Source of the DNA: Felis catus
Lineage: Eukaryota
DNA length: 64,000 bases
Assembly (NCBI RefSeq): GCF_018350175.1
Contig: NC_058368.1
Coordinates: 226,116,001 to 226,180,000 of the forward strand
Direction of reading: 5' to 3'
Part shown: piece after piece, positions 12,925 through 24,960 of the stretch
Numbering within the stretch: position 1 is the first letter of the stretch
Layout of the letters: the number at the start of each line of letters is the position of its first letter
Notes under the pieces: generated by a model
What the model was told of the DNA's origin: nothing
Databases searched by the model: none
The model's input: only the letters and a program-made list of their open reading frames with translations
Program-made: the position numbers and the translations under genes

Positions 12925-13113
12925 GAGAAAGAAGCAGCGAGAGTAAGAGGAGGGAGCTTGTGTGATCCCCGCCCCACTTGGAGTTGGGGGAGGGGGAACT
13001 AAGGGGCTCCAGCCCGGAGCCTGATACAAGTCTCCATCCTAGGACCCTGGGATCATGAGCTGAGCGGAAATCAAGAGTCTATGCTCTCAACCAACTGAGT
13101 CACCCAGGCACTC
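12925..13113 (-). mobile_element. Old Can-SINE
   Basis: GGACCCTGGGATCATGAGCTGAGCGGAAATCAAGAGTC...CACCCAGGCAC. Confidence 0.8.
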
Positions 13114-13409
13114 CTCTGAGAAAAAATTTTTAATCTGGTTACATTAAGTGGTAAAAAGTTGTAATTTACCATATTGGAAGGGAATCTTCTGAACGTGTGC
13201 CTCATCAGTCTTTACAGATTGCCCAGGCCATTAACTTTTCTTGGGGACTCAAGCCCTTCATGGTGAGTAACAGTGATTGTGCAAGACTACAAGACAAACA
13301 CCCCCCCACCCGTGGCTTCATAAACTGTGTGCAGAGCTGTTTGCTCTTAAATGAACCCTTACTGCTAAGATTTTTATTTTTATTTATTATTTTTTATAAT
13401 ACTCTATTT

Positions 13410-13523
13410 TTTAAGTCATTTATTTATTATTTTTAGTAATCTTTACATGCAACCTGGGGCTGGAACTCATGGCCCCGAAATTAAGCATAGCATGCTCTTT
13501 CGAATGAGCCATCCAGACGCCCT
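13410..13523 (-). mobile_element. Short tRNA-like Can-SINE
   Basis: AGTAATCTTTACA...GAGCCATCCAGACGCCC. Confidence 0.8.
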
Positions 13524-14421
13524 ACCGCCAAGGTTTTTAAATTATTGGGTTATATTGCTAGATTGGTTATTTGTAATTTGCTGTGGATAGGGAGATCAAG
13601 CATAGTAATGAGGATTATAGTTAAAATCAAATACAACATCTAGCGGTTTCACTTGATAGTTAATGTGATTCTGCGAGGCGGGCTGTGGTGCTTTTCTGGA
13701 GGCTGATTTATTTCCTGGTTCTCAGGTGGTTCTAGGTCACGTTTGATGCAAGAGTGACTTCTTAGGAATTACATGGTCCAAACCCTTCTACAGTGATGTT
13801 TTTTCCAACAGAAGGAGTGCTCCTCTTCTAGCATTTCAGGAGCTAATAAGTTATCCTGCTTATCACTGTCTTCATTTTTTATGAACTTGAATCATTTCCT
13901 CAATCACCCTCCCTCGTCTCTCTGGTCTTTGTGCTTGAGTCTGATGCCGACAGCAGGTCCTGTGTCCTCTTGATTTTGTTAGTTGCTGAGATGGGCGTGT
14001 ACCTGGCACACTCCTACCTAGCCTTCAAAGCCCAGTCCAAATGACCCACCCTGAGAAACTTTTTCTCAGGATAACCATCTTTCTCCCGCAGAACTGTTGC
14101 TATCTGTACCTCCTGCATGCTTTTAATCTCCCTACTATAACTCTTAATCTGTGTAACATGTTTATGTCTATGTGCTTATCTTTTTAGTTGGACTATGGCT
14201 GTTTTGTGGTTAGGTCCATCCCTCTCTCAAAGTCCCTTACCCAAAAAGTTGTCCCTTGGCAATTGCTGATTTTACAAAAAGATGGCGTTTTATGGTCTGT
14301 CCTCAATCCCTTTTTGACAATGCCCATGATTGTGGAATCTTCCACCCACCCATCCACTTATCCCCCCCGTCCCGCTCCGCCCCACCCAGTATATTGAGCT
14401 CATGCTTATAGCATCAAAGAT

Positions 14422-14606
14422 TATTTATTTTTTTAACGTTTATTTTTCAGAGAGAGTGTAAGCTGAAGGAGGGGGAGGGGGGGATAGGGGATCTGCGCCG
14501 ATAACAGGAGACTGACATGGGGCTCAACCTCACCAACTTTGAGATCATGACCTGTGCTGAAGTTGAAGTCTGATGTGTAACCGACTGAGCCACCCAGGTG
14601 CCCCCC
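14422..14606 (-). mobile_element. Can-SINE
   Basis: Ends GAGCCACCCAGGTGCCCC. Confidence 0.9.
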
Positions 14607-14677
14607 AAATAACACTTTTTAACTGTATTAACTTATGCCCCGTTATTCAAATTTTCCTGCATTTAAGAAGCCTTATG

Positions 14678-14895
14678 GGGGCGCCTGGGTGGCGCAGTCA
14701 GTTAAGAGTCCGACTTCAACCAGGTCACAATCTCGCGGTCCGTGAGTTCGAGCCCCACGTTGGGCTCTGGGCTGATGGCTCAGAGCCTGGAGCCTGTTTC
14801 CGATTCTGTGTCTCCCTCTCTCTCTGCCCCTCCCCCGTTCATGCTCTGTCTCTCTCTGCCCCCAAAAAATAAATAAACGTTGAAAAAAAAAAAAA
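14678..14895 (+). mobile_element. Young felid Can-SINE
   Basis: TSD AAGAAGCCTTATG at 14665-14677 and 14896-14908. Confidence 0.96.
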
Positions 14896-15660
14896 AAGAA
14901 GCCTTATGTATAGCTGCAGTTTATAACTCTTGGTTTTGCATTTCAGTATCTTTCAGAGTACAATTTCATATTGTTGGCCTAGCTGGGAAGGGCTACGTTT
15001 GGGAGTTCCAGTGGACAGGAGGAAGGGGCTGACAAGTACTGCAAATCTAATGGGCTAAAAGTCAAATTCCAAGATGCAGGGAGGGTTGTATCTGTTCATA
15101 TCTGTCAGTCATGTTCAGTCATTTCCCTGGAAAAAACATTTCTCTTCCTTTGAGGAGTTGCTGTTTGACCGTAACAGCCGCATCGTTGCGTTGAAGGTTA
15201 ACTTCAGTGGTTGATCAGCAGCTCCTGATGCAGACTGCGTCTATCATGGTCATTTCATGAAATTGTTAAAGTCTGGAGAAGGGGTGGGTTGGGGTAGAAT
15301 TGGAAGTGGGATGTGGAATTTGTGATCTGGTGTAAACATGGAACTGTCTCCACCTCTTGTCTGAACAGGGACCCTCTAAAGGGAATGGGAGCAGACTAGT
15401 ACCCCTCATGGAGGCGGGGGCCCTGGAGAAGAAAGAGGGAGCCTAGGATTTTATGGGAAAGCAACCAGGGTTCAGGTCAGTACCTGGTTGAAGCCAAGCT
15501 CCAGCAGGACATCCTTGTAGGTTTCTGGCTTCATAGCTCCACTTTGCTCAAAACGGTGGGGCAACTGCCCAGCTGCCCAGGTGGTAAGAGAAATATCCTG
15601 AGGGAGGGTGGGCAGGGATAGGGAGAAGAAAAAAGAAACGTGGGTGTTTCACGGTACTTT

Positions 15661-15773
15661 AATTTTTAAGAAGATTTTATTTGTAAGTAATCTCTACACC
15701 CAGTGTGGGGCTTGAACGTACAACCTCGAGATAAAGAGTTGTATGCTCTACAGACAGAGCCAGCCAGGTGTCC
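15661..15773 (-). mobile_element. Short tRNA-like Can-SINE
   Basis: AAGTAATCTCTACACCCAGTGTGGGGCTTGAA. Confidence 0.85.
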
Positions 15774-16359
15774 TTCACTGTACTTATTAATCTTGGATTG
15801 TTCCTTAGGGACTCTAATAAAGGGACGTGTGAAGAGTTTGTCTGTCTAGCAAACTAATTTTCTGCTCTCCATCCAAACGTCATGGAAGCATAGCTATCTT
15901 TAAGTCATTTATGGAACTCTATCAAAAACTTTAAAAGTGTAAATAATAGTTCTTTTGAAATAAGATTTCAGTTAATATTTACTTATTTAATCCACATTTA
16001 TTGAGTTCCATTAATATCAGCCATCATAGTGCATGCTTCAGAGAAAAGGACCATTTAAACAGATCCACTTGAATTCCAAGTAGCTTACAATGTAGCACAA
16101 GGCGGGGGGGGGACCCAGATAAATGCATACCTAACCACAATGCAAGGCATAATGTGATAAAGGTCCTAAGAAAACCATCTAATTTAACGTGTGAGGTTAT
16201 TATAAAAATAAATGATTTTTCAGCTGAGGGAAATCAGTGCTGACTTTCTTCCAGGTCCTTCTAAAGCCTGGAGTCTCTATCAGGTCATGCTGATGTGATT
16301 GCATTCCGGATCTCAGTCAGGTTTAGGATATACAGTGTACACAATAAATCAACATATTT

Positions 16360-16562
16360 TTAAAATGTTTATTTATTTATTTTGAGAGAATGAGAGCACG
16401 AGTAGAGGAGGGGCAGAGAGAGAGAGGGAGAGAGAGAATCCCAAGCAGGCTCTGTGCTGTCGACACAGAGCCCAACATGGGGCTCAGTCCCATCAATTGT
16501 GAGATTATGACCTGAGCCAAGATCAAGTCGGGTGCTCAACTGACTGAGCCACCCAGGAGCCT
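16360..16562 (-). mobile_element. Can-SINE
   Basis: SINE body, flanking TCAACATATTT repeats. Confidence 0.92.
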
Positions 16563-17247
16563 CTAATTCAACATATTTCTATATCTTCAGCTTGTCTGCT
16601 AAAATGCCTTCTGCATTTCCAAGTTTCAAGGAAGTGAGACCAAGAGAGAAAATAATGTGTTGCTGTTTTTTGTTTTTGTAATTTTTAAACTGAATATGAT
16701 ATTTTACAATCAAACATGCCCTTAATATATTATTTTATTGTTTTGAAGGTCTCAAGAGTATTGGTGGGGGCGGGGGGAGATATAGGAAGTGTTTTTTGTA
16801 GAAATTAGGAAGCTCATTATCTCATAACTTTGATGATTTTGCATGCAAAGTTTAGATATCCCTGAGTGTTCAGAGAAGAGAGCGGGTTCTGGGAGAGATC
16901 AAAGGAGCTTAGTGAGGATCAAGGCACCTAGGAAGGGTAGAGGGAGGACTGGCTGGTTGGCTTAGATTTAGAAGCCTTTAGGAGTGGAAATCCAGCAGGA
17001 ACAGAGAACAATGGAAAGATGGAAGAGGCAAAGATAGACTTGAAGGGGAGTATGGTACCAAACTTATGGATAAGACTGATAAAGGCTAGAATGCAGTGTT
17101 GTGCAAAATCATACGGGGTGCACCATGAGTGATCAATCTGATTGGTCACATATGGAGACCATCCATCCATATTCCTTCACTTTCCTTTAAAACCAAAGGC
17201 ATGCATTTTCAAATTTCTGACATCTTCATTGAATGTGAAATCAAGGT

Positions 17248-17715
17248 ATAGGGGAGACAGTATTTCGCCTTCCTCCCTTCTAGGTTCTTTCGGCGGGTCT
17301 ACTAATTAAAGTAACATGAGACAGATGAATAGGAGAAAAACAAATCATGGAGGTATGGGAGCCCCATGAAATATGAGACCCAAAGGCAAGTGAGGCGGTT
17401 GTGGCTTACATGCCACCCTGAGCTTCGGAACGGGATAGAGACCTGGGGCTTGAAGAAGGGAAGGGGGCGATTCACAGGATAATGTGAAGAGCAGATTTCT
17501 GTAATTAGATGTTTGCTTTGCCATCTAACTTTTAGATAAAAGTTATCTCTGGTAATAGTTCTCTTTCTGGGCCATGCCCCCTATCTAATTCTTTATGTAG
17601 TTACAGGAGAGGTCAAAGTTTTTCTTGAATCTGCTGGGTCTTGAAAGCCTTCAATCTGAAATAAGGTACCTGCCAAAATGATATATTTTGGGGTCGTGTA
17701 TTCTGCAGCTCGTCA
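17248..17715 (-). mobile_element. MER34-like ERV1 solo LTR
   Basis: TTCTAGGTTCTT..., GAGAAAAACAAA, GCCAAAATGATATATTTTGGGGT shared with 9972-10668. Confidence 0.7.
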
Positions 17716-17995
17716 AAGGTCAATCAAGACTTTGATATTACTTCTACATGGTAGCAAATGACTAGGCAGCAACTACAAATTGGTAAGAGGATAATTTTAG
17801 TTAATTTGGTTAAGCAATGGAAAATAAAAAAGTATTCGCATGACATGGAGCGTGCCAAAATGCTGTAACTACATCCTTCATTGTCCTACAGATTGCGGTC
17901 TCACTTGGGAAGTATGGTTTAACCAAATGTACAATGCTTTACAGACAGAGACTGATTGGTTATTACCTGCTTGACTGGACGGAGTTATTCATATA

Positions 17996-18091
17996 CAGTA
18001 AAACCTTGGATTGCGAGTAACTTGTTCTGGGAGTGTTTTGCAAGACAAGCAAACATTTCTTCTTTTTTCTTAATGTTTATTTATTTTTGAC

Positions 18092-18155
<64 letters not shown>

Positions 18156-18412
18156 TCCTGAGAGGGGAGGGGCAGAGAGAGGTGTAGACACAGAATCTGA
18201 AGCAGGCTCCAGGCTCTGAGCTGTCAGCACAGAGTCCCATGCAGGGCTCGAACTCCCAAGCTGTGAGATCATGAATTGAGCCCAAGTCCAACACTTAACC
18301 AAATGAGCCAATAGTTGTTGAAATTCACTTTGATATATGAGTGCTTTGGATTACAAGCTTTGATATATGAGTGCTTTGGAATGAACTTTGCTCACAAACC
18401 AAGGTTTTACAG
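17996..18412. mobile_element. TcMar/Tigger-type MITE interrupted by a SINE
   Basis: TA flanks at 17994-95 and 18413-14. TIRs CAGTAAAACCTTGGATTGCGAG vs rc CTGTAAAACCTTGGTTTGTGAG (19/22). Confidence 0.85.
18061..18310 (-). mobile_element. Can-SINE with long (GA)n, 5' end missing
   Basis: SINE body stops at AACCAAATGAGCCA. Confidence 0.92.
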
Positions 18413-18520
18413 TATTTGTTCAATAAGTATTGGCTGAACACTACTCTGACCAGGCACAGTGGACAGAAGTCTCCAATGGAGCAAATGCCTCAATAGAAGA
18501 TGTTAGATAAGAAGCAAACA

Positions 18521-18635
18521 GGGGTGCCTGGCTGGCTTGGTTGGCAGAGTGTGCGACTCTTGATCTTGGGGTTGTGTGTTTGAGCCCCACGTTGGGTACA
18601 GAGATTACTTAAAAATGGGATCTTAAAAAAAAAAA
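18521..18635 (+). mobile_element. Short tRNA-like Can-SINE
   Basis: GGGGTGCCTGGCTGGC head, flanking AGAAGC(A/C)AACA. Confidence 0.9.
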
Positions 18636-18667
18636 GAAGCCAACAGAATACACACAATATGTAAAGG

Positions 18668-19080
18668 CAGGCATACCTCATAGATATGTGGCTTTGCTTC
18701 CAGATCACCATAATAAAGCAAATATCACAATACAGTGAGCCTACTGTGTTTTTGGTTTCCCAGTGCATATAATAGCTATGTCCACACTACACTGTGGTCT
18801 ATTAAGCATACAATAGCATGATGTCTAAACAAAAAGTACATACCTTAATTAAAAAATTCTTTGCTGCTCAAAAATGGTAACCATCCTCCAAGCTTTCAGT
18901 GAATTGCAATCCCTGATCACCATAACAAATATAATGATTTAAAAAAAATTCAAGGGGCGCCTGGGTGGCTCAGCCAGTTGAGTGTCCGACTTCGGCTCAG
19001 CTCATGATCTTGCGGTCTGTGAGTTTGATCGCCGTGTCGGGCTCTGTGCTGATGGCTCAGAGCCTGGAGCCTGCTTCGGA

Positions 19081-19127
<47 letters not shown>

Positions 19128-19358
19128 TGCCCCTCTTCCACTCACACTGTCTCTCTCTCCTTCAAAAATAAATAAACACTAAAATTTTTTTTAATTCAAA
19201 ATATTGTGAGGATTACCAAAACGTGACACAGAAATGGTAGTGCTGTTGGGCAAATGGGACTGACGGACCTGCTCGAAGCAGAGCTACCGCAACCCTTCTA
19301 TTGGCAAAAAACACAGTATCCGTGAAGCACAATGACAGACAATGAAACGGTGTGCCTG
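18668..19358 (-). mobile_element. Internally deleted Tigger1 (non-autonomous) with nested SINE
   Basis: CAGGCATACCTC...GGTGTGCCTG termini. TTTTGGTTTCCCAGTGCATATAA and GGATTACCAAAACGTGACACAGA match the two ends of Tigger1. Confidence 0.88.
18954..19195 (+). mobile_element. Can-SINE with (GT)n expansion at 19085-19126
   Basis: SINE head and tail, AATTCAA flanks. Confidence 0.93.
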
Positions 19359-19824
19359 CGTGTAATACCGAGTAGTGACATGAGAAAGAATAAAACCGGG
19401 ATAGGGTCAGAGTTAAAATAGGGCTGGAGGATTCTATTTCTGATAGGAAGGTTAAGGAAGGTCTTTTGGATGAGGTGCCTCAGAGCAGAGATCTGAGTGA
19501 AGTGAGGGAAAGAGTCATAAGGAGCCGAAAGAAGGTTGAAGAGGGAGTGTACTTGGCAAGGTCAATGTGGTAGGAGCGAACAACAGGGAAGAGGAACGGG
19601 GGCGGGGAGGAAAGCTATGGTCATGTCTTCAGAGAGGTAGCCAGAAGTTAGAAGGAAGACTTGAAGGGCATGCTAACATTTTTGATAGTGCACAACGTAT
19701 GACGGGAAGCCATTGGTGGGTACTGAGCAGGAGCACGCATGATTAGACTCACATTTGAATTGGATCGTCCTGGCCGCTACTGGGGATGGATTCAAGAGTA
19801 AGAAGTAGGGTGACAAGAGGCTAT

Positions 19825-19902
19825 TTTTTTTAAATAACATTTATTTATTTTTGAGAGAGAGAGAGAGTGCAGTGGGGTAGGAGCAGAGAGAGGGGGGGGG
19901 GG

Positions 19903-19934
<32 letters not shown>

Positions 19935-20060
19935 CAGAGATCCCAAGCAGGCTCCACACTGTCAGTGCAGAGCCAGATGCGGGACTCAAACTCACCGACT
20001 GCGAGACCGTGACCTGAGCCAAAGCCAGACGCTTAACCAACTGAACCACTCAGGGGCCCC
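19825..20060 (-). mobile_element. Can-SINE
   Basis: TSD ACAAGAGGCTAT at 19813-19824 and 20062-20073. Confidence 0.94.
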
Positions 20061-22694
20061 AACAAGAGGCTATATGATAGTCCTGGAGCACCGTGATGGT
20101 AGTTTGAATTGGGATGTTGGGGTGGTGAAAAGTAGTAGTGAAATTTGGAGTATATTTTGAAAGTACACCTGAAAGAACTTTCTGATACACTGAATGTATG
20201 ATGTGAAAACTCAGTCAAGGATGCCTCCAAGGATTTTGGCTTCAGTAACTGGATGAATGAACAACTAGCTTACTGGCATAATGAAGGTTGGGAAGCGAGC
20301 AGGTTTGGGATGTTGTTTGCTTTTGGACTAGGTTGGTTTGAAATGGCCCTTTGGCATCTAAGTAGGGCAGTCAAGGAGACACGGTGACACGTGAGACTGA
20401 AGTTCAGTGGACAGGTGAGAGTAGGAGATATACATTGTGGGCTGGGCTGCACATAGCACTGTTCTATGATGCTGACACCGTTTTAGTTCTGACGTACAAC
20501 AAAGCTGTGCTCTGCACTGAATATTTACAATACACAGATTGCACTTCACTATCCTCTCTAAACACTCACATTCCCACCCATACAACATAACCTAATTGCT
20601 CTATAGCACAGAGTTCTTTTCTCTTAGGTATTTGAAGGCAACTGAGGATTCTGTGTATTGTACTTAGCGACCACAGAGACAAATGAGTGCACCCCAGCCA
20701 AGTAAATGTTCTCTAGAACACTTTTCAAAAAGATGTAACCATTACCATGCGTCCCTGCTGGTTTATCCATCTTTTAATCACTAAATTATTCAATATGTAT
20801 AATGAATATTTGCTATGAATTTATATTTACAAATATGGTACAGTATATAGCTTAAAGAACATTTTTCATCGGTTTGGGAAAGAGAAAAATGTCTCATTAA
20901 ATAGTTTTGTGAAAATACAAGACTACCTTAAAACTAAATGTCTGGATTTGCGGTGTAAATCCAGAAATACAGAAGGAATTTGAAGGAAAGAAAAGCTAAA
21001 ACAAAAACAAAACAAATTAGTGCACTCCAAAGGTGCCAACTATACAATTGTGGAACATCTCTAAGAGTTTAACTCGAAAGAATCAAAAGGCAATTCTGAA
21101 GAGCTCTCCAGGCTAATTTTCCTGTTGTTAACCCTCCTATTGAAGGGCATATCAAGGTCGTCACACATAATCTAGCTTCAAGATCATTTTGAAACCATTC
21201 TGACCTAGTGTAGCCTGGATTGTTTTCTATTTAAAATCCCTAATGTGACCCCAGAGGATAGATTCAGGACAGAGCAACATGGGAAATTCAAGGAGGATTC
21301 CTAGAGATATCCATGAATATCACCAAGTAATTTTTTGGGACATACTTGCTTGGGCCCCTCCTAGCTCTCCTTCATTCTTGGATTCAGCTCAAGAAACTTC
21401 TGGTATCTAAAGGTTTACAACTTCACAGTGAAAGGACTGTTTTGGTGAAGGGTACATTTCACTCAGCCTGTGCGTGAAGGGAGGTGGGTGGGTGGGGGTT
21501 AAGATACGACTTTTCTGGCATTTGTTATATTATTCGTATCTTTCTTCTCCTTTACATAGGTTGAAGCAGCTTGGATGTGCCTTTCAGCATTTTGGTAGAT
21601 GCATGTTGGCTATTGGATGCCTGTCAGTGGCCTGCTGGTGCCCTGATGTTCTTTATCAGATGTCTGTGTCTCTATCATCTCTTTTGCTTGGATGCCAGCA
21701 GCTAGAGTGGTTCATCTTTTCTGTGCTCCCCGACGTTCTATATTCTTACAGCAGACGATGCATTCAAAGTCACAAAGGTGTTTTTCCTTGATCCATTTAA
21801 GATTCACTGAGTTAAATGAAGATCATGAACACATGTCCCTTTTTCAGGGAAGGGTCAGCTTTGGAGGTCATAGAAGCTGGGAAATAATGTTTTTATGTGG
21901 TTACTCACCGTATCGATGAAAGTTAATTTTCTCTTCCTAGCATCGTTTTTCAGAAACAATCAACTAAGAGGACACATCCAGCACTGTGGCTCTTTCCTCT
22001 TTTATCCATGATATCTGCTGTCTGAATCATTCCGCATCTTTTATACAGAATCCACGGCTTGTATGCTGTCCTTCAAACATTAATGTACTTTGTGTTGCCT
22101 GGTAGAAATTTACTAGTTGTTAATTGAATTATTTAGGGGATTTTTAAAGACAATTTAGACAGCTTTTAACTCAATAACTGAGGATCAAGGCTTATGACTA
22201 TCTTAAGCCTGTGGCGGTATACAAACGGTGTGCAATGTCATTTTGACAGGTGCAAACATATGAAAACAGATCTACAACCACATTTCTTCAGTGTGGTAAG
22301 TTCCGAGGGCATTCAGGGATTATTATTTTAAAAATATGCTTGCTGCCTGCCACTCTGCTACCAAAAATAAGCAAGTCTGAGGGGCGCTAAGTGTTAGAGG
22401 ACATTCCCAGGAACTATTTCATTCAGGACCACGTGTGACAAAGCATTTCTGAACTTTTTTGTTCACGACCTTCTTTCTCCGCTTTGCAATCAAACCAATT
22501 TATGTCTGAAGACCTGGGACTTTTTTTTTTTTTTAACCACGTATACTTTTTACTTCCAAAACTTATAAGAGAAAAAATAATCTCAGCTGTTAGTTTATCT
22601 CAGTCCTTTCAGAGCATCTATTAGTAGGACGCGGTGCCACCAGACACACCATTTTAGGAGGCTTTATAAAGGATTGGGGAAAAAAAATCATTGG

Positions 22695-22830
22695 GTATTT
22701 GAGCTGGAAGATCTGGAGTCAGGGAACTCAAAAGTTTTGTCAGTAGTCCTATGACCTTGAAGAAGTTACTTAGCCTATCTCATCCTGGGTCTTCAGCTAT
22801 GAAATGCAGCCCAAAATGACTGCCCAGAGA
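22695..22830 (+). mobile_element. Diverged MIR remnant
   Basis: TATGACCTTGAAGAAGTTACTTAGCCT...CTATGAAATG. Confidence 0.6.
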
Positions 22831-23399
22831 GAGTCGATGTGCCAAAGACGTTAAACTGTTAGAGGAGTGAACATCACCATTGACTCGGATAGGCACATTG
22901 CACTACGTAAATCCGATGCTTTATGAGTTTACACTGAACGGATTTGGAAACGACTGCATGTGCGGGCTTTTCCGTCCCGTTCCCTGCAGGTATGGTAGTT
23001 TATTTCCAGAAAAGAACTGAGGAGAAAGTTGCCCTGCCTATAGAAAAGTCCCAGAAAGGTTTCCCAGAGTGCAAGCGCAGAGAACTGGCCTTGGGCTGCT
23101 GGAAACCCAGACCCGAGGACACAGCCACTTCTCAGGGAGGAGAGGTATCATTTGAGTCCTTTATAAAAGGGCGAGGATGAAAGTGACCACCCGCCACACA
23201 ACGTGGCACCGGAGTTCAGCTGGGAGGAGCCGGTCCAGGAAATGACCCAAGATGGTTACAATGTCACCAAGATATTTACAAATAAACCAGGATACTCACT
23301 GCAGGAGGGAGGGGGCGAGGAGGACGCAGGGAAGATTCTGGGGCGAGACGGACAGAGGGAGGATATAGGTTCCAGAGGCTTCGGTTTTTAGGGCTCTGG

Positions 23400-24960
23400 T
23401 GGATCCCTGAGAGCGCCCTTGAGGGAGAAGGCTCTGAGAGGGCCCGGAGCAATCCCCGTGCAGCAGCGGTTACCGTCCCCCGGGCTCGCGCGCCCCTTCC
23501 CGGGCCCCTGCTCCGCTGGCTCCCGCGAACCAGGACACCAGCCTCGCGCCCCTCAACTCCCACGCGGGTCTCGGGTTCGACCACCCCGGCCCCACCCAGC
23601 CCAGGGCTGCCGCAGCCCACTTGCCTTCCCAGTAACGGTTTCTGGACCCGTGGCCTCCGACCCCTCCCCCTCTCCCGGCTCCCGGAGCCGCAGTGCCGCG
23701 CCGTTAGGAGAGGGGTAATCCGCCCCGGAACCGACGTGAGCGGCCCCGGGGCGGGGTCGGTGGAGGCGGCTCGGGGATCTCCCCTCCCTGAATTCCAGCT
23801 CGAGGTCTCCGCACCCCACACGGGGCTCGCACCCGCCTCCTCAGGCCCCCCTCCTCCGGAGCGCCCCCTCCGCTCCTCCACGTCGGCCCCGCGCCGGCTC
23901 CCTCCACCTCCTTCCCCCGCCCCCCCCCGCGGGGCGGCTCCGGTCCCCCTCCCCCTCCCGCCCCCCCCCCCACCCCCCGGCGCGGCTCTCACGCGCAGCC
24001 GAATTCGGCGCCGCCTCCACCAGAGCCGAGCCGGCGGCTCCGCGGAGCAGCAGCCTGTGCCGCCGCCGCCGGGCCCTCTGCGTCCCCTCCCCGTCCCGCC
24101 CCCTAGCCCCTGGCGCCCGGGCCCCCCTCCCCACCCTCCTCCCTCCCTCCCTCCCTCCACTCCTCTCTCTCTCTCCTCCCACCCCCTCCGTTCTCCCCTC
24201 GGCTGCAGCCCGAGCCCGGCCCGCCAGCTGGGCTGGCAGGAGGGCGGCGGCGGCACCACCATGAGCTTTGAGGGTGGCCACAGCGGCAGTCGGCGCCGCG
24301 GGGCGGAGAGCGGGGACACCGAGCCGCCCCCGTCGCCTCCCCCGCCGCCGCCGCCGCCGCCGCCGCCGGGAGAGCCGGCCTCGGTCCCCGCGCCCCCACG
24401 CTACCTGCCACCTCCGCCCGCGCCGCCCGCGTCCCTCGAGCGCGCCGCGGGACCAGAAGAGCCGCCGACGGAGGTGGTCCCGCGGCGCCGGGGCGCGGAC
24501 GAGCTGCCGCCGCCTCCCGCGCCCCTGCCGCCCGCCGGCCAGGAGGTGTCGGCGGCTGGCGACTCCGGGGAAGGTCCGAGGCGCCTTCCCGAGGCGGCGG
24601 TCCCCGAGGCGGCGGCGGGGAAGGGCGTCCCCGGGGAGCCTGAGGCCGGCGCGGGCGGGGAGGGCGAGCGGCGGGGCGCCAGCGACCAGCCCGAGACGCG
24701 CTCGGTGTGTAGCAGCCGCAGCAGCAGCAGCGGCGGTGGCGACCAGCGCGCCGGGCACCAGCACCAGCACCACCAGCCCATCTGCAAGATCTGCTTCCAG
24801 GGCGCCGAGCAGGTAAGGAAGGCCCTGCGGGACCCGGGAGGTGCCGGCGGGGGGCTCCGGTCCGAGCTGGACCGGCGCCTGCCCAGGACGGTCGACCTTT
24901 CAGCACCACGGACAGCGCTCGCCTCCCGTCTCTTCTCCAGCCCGGCTGGTCCAGTCCAGC
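23400..24960 (+). promoter_or_regulatory. CpG island / MARCHF11 promoter and 5' UTR
   Basis: Very high GC and CpG density overlapping the first exon. GC boxes such as GGGGCGGGG at ~23747. Exact TSS cannot be determined. Confidence 0.9.
24261..24812 (+). CDS. MARCHF11: MARCHF11 coding exon 1 (Pro/Gly-rich N-terminus plus first CxxC of RING-CH)
   Basis: CACCACC-ATG Kozak-like start. Translates [24 protein letters not shown]...[19 protein letters not shown] (184 codons), matching recalled mammalian MARCHF11. Ends at a CAG|GTAAGG donor, phase 0. Confidence 0.96.

Larger units (their letters stand above)
18415..20460 (-). mobile_element. L2 fragment carrying nested SINEs and Tigger1
   Basis: CCAGGCACAGTG, GGAAGGTC..TGAGGTG..GAGCAGAGATCTGAGTGAAGTGAGGGA, GAAGCCATTGG typical of antisense L2. 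Confidence 0.75.

Noticed and set aside
18328..18380. Direct repeats with a short spacer (CRISPR-like look)
   Set aside because: Only two copies, inside a transposon, in mammalian DNA with no cas genes
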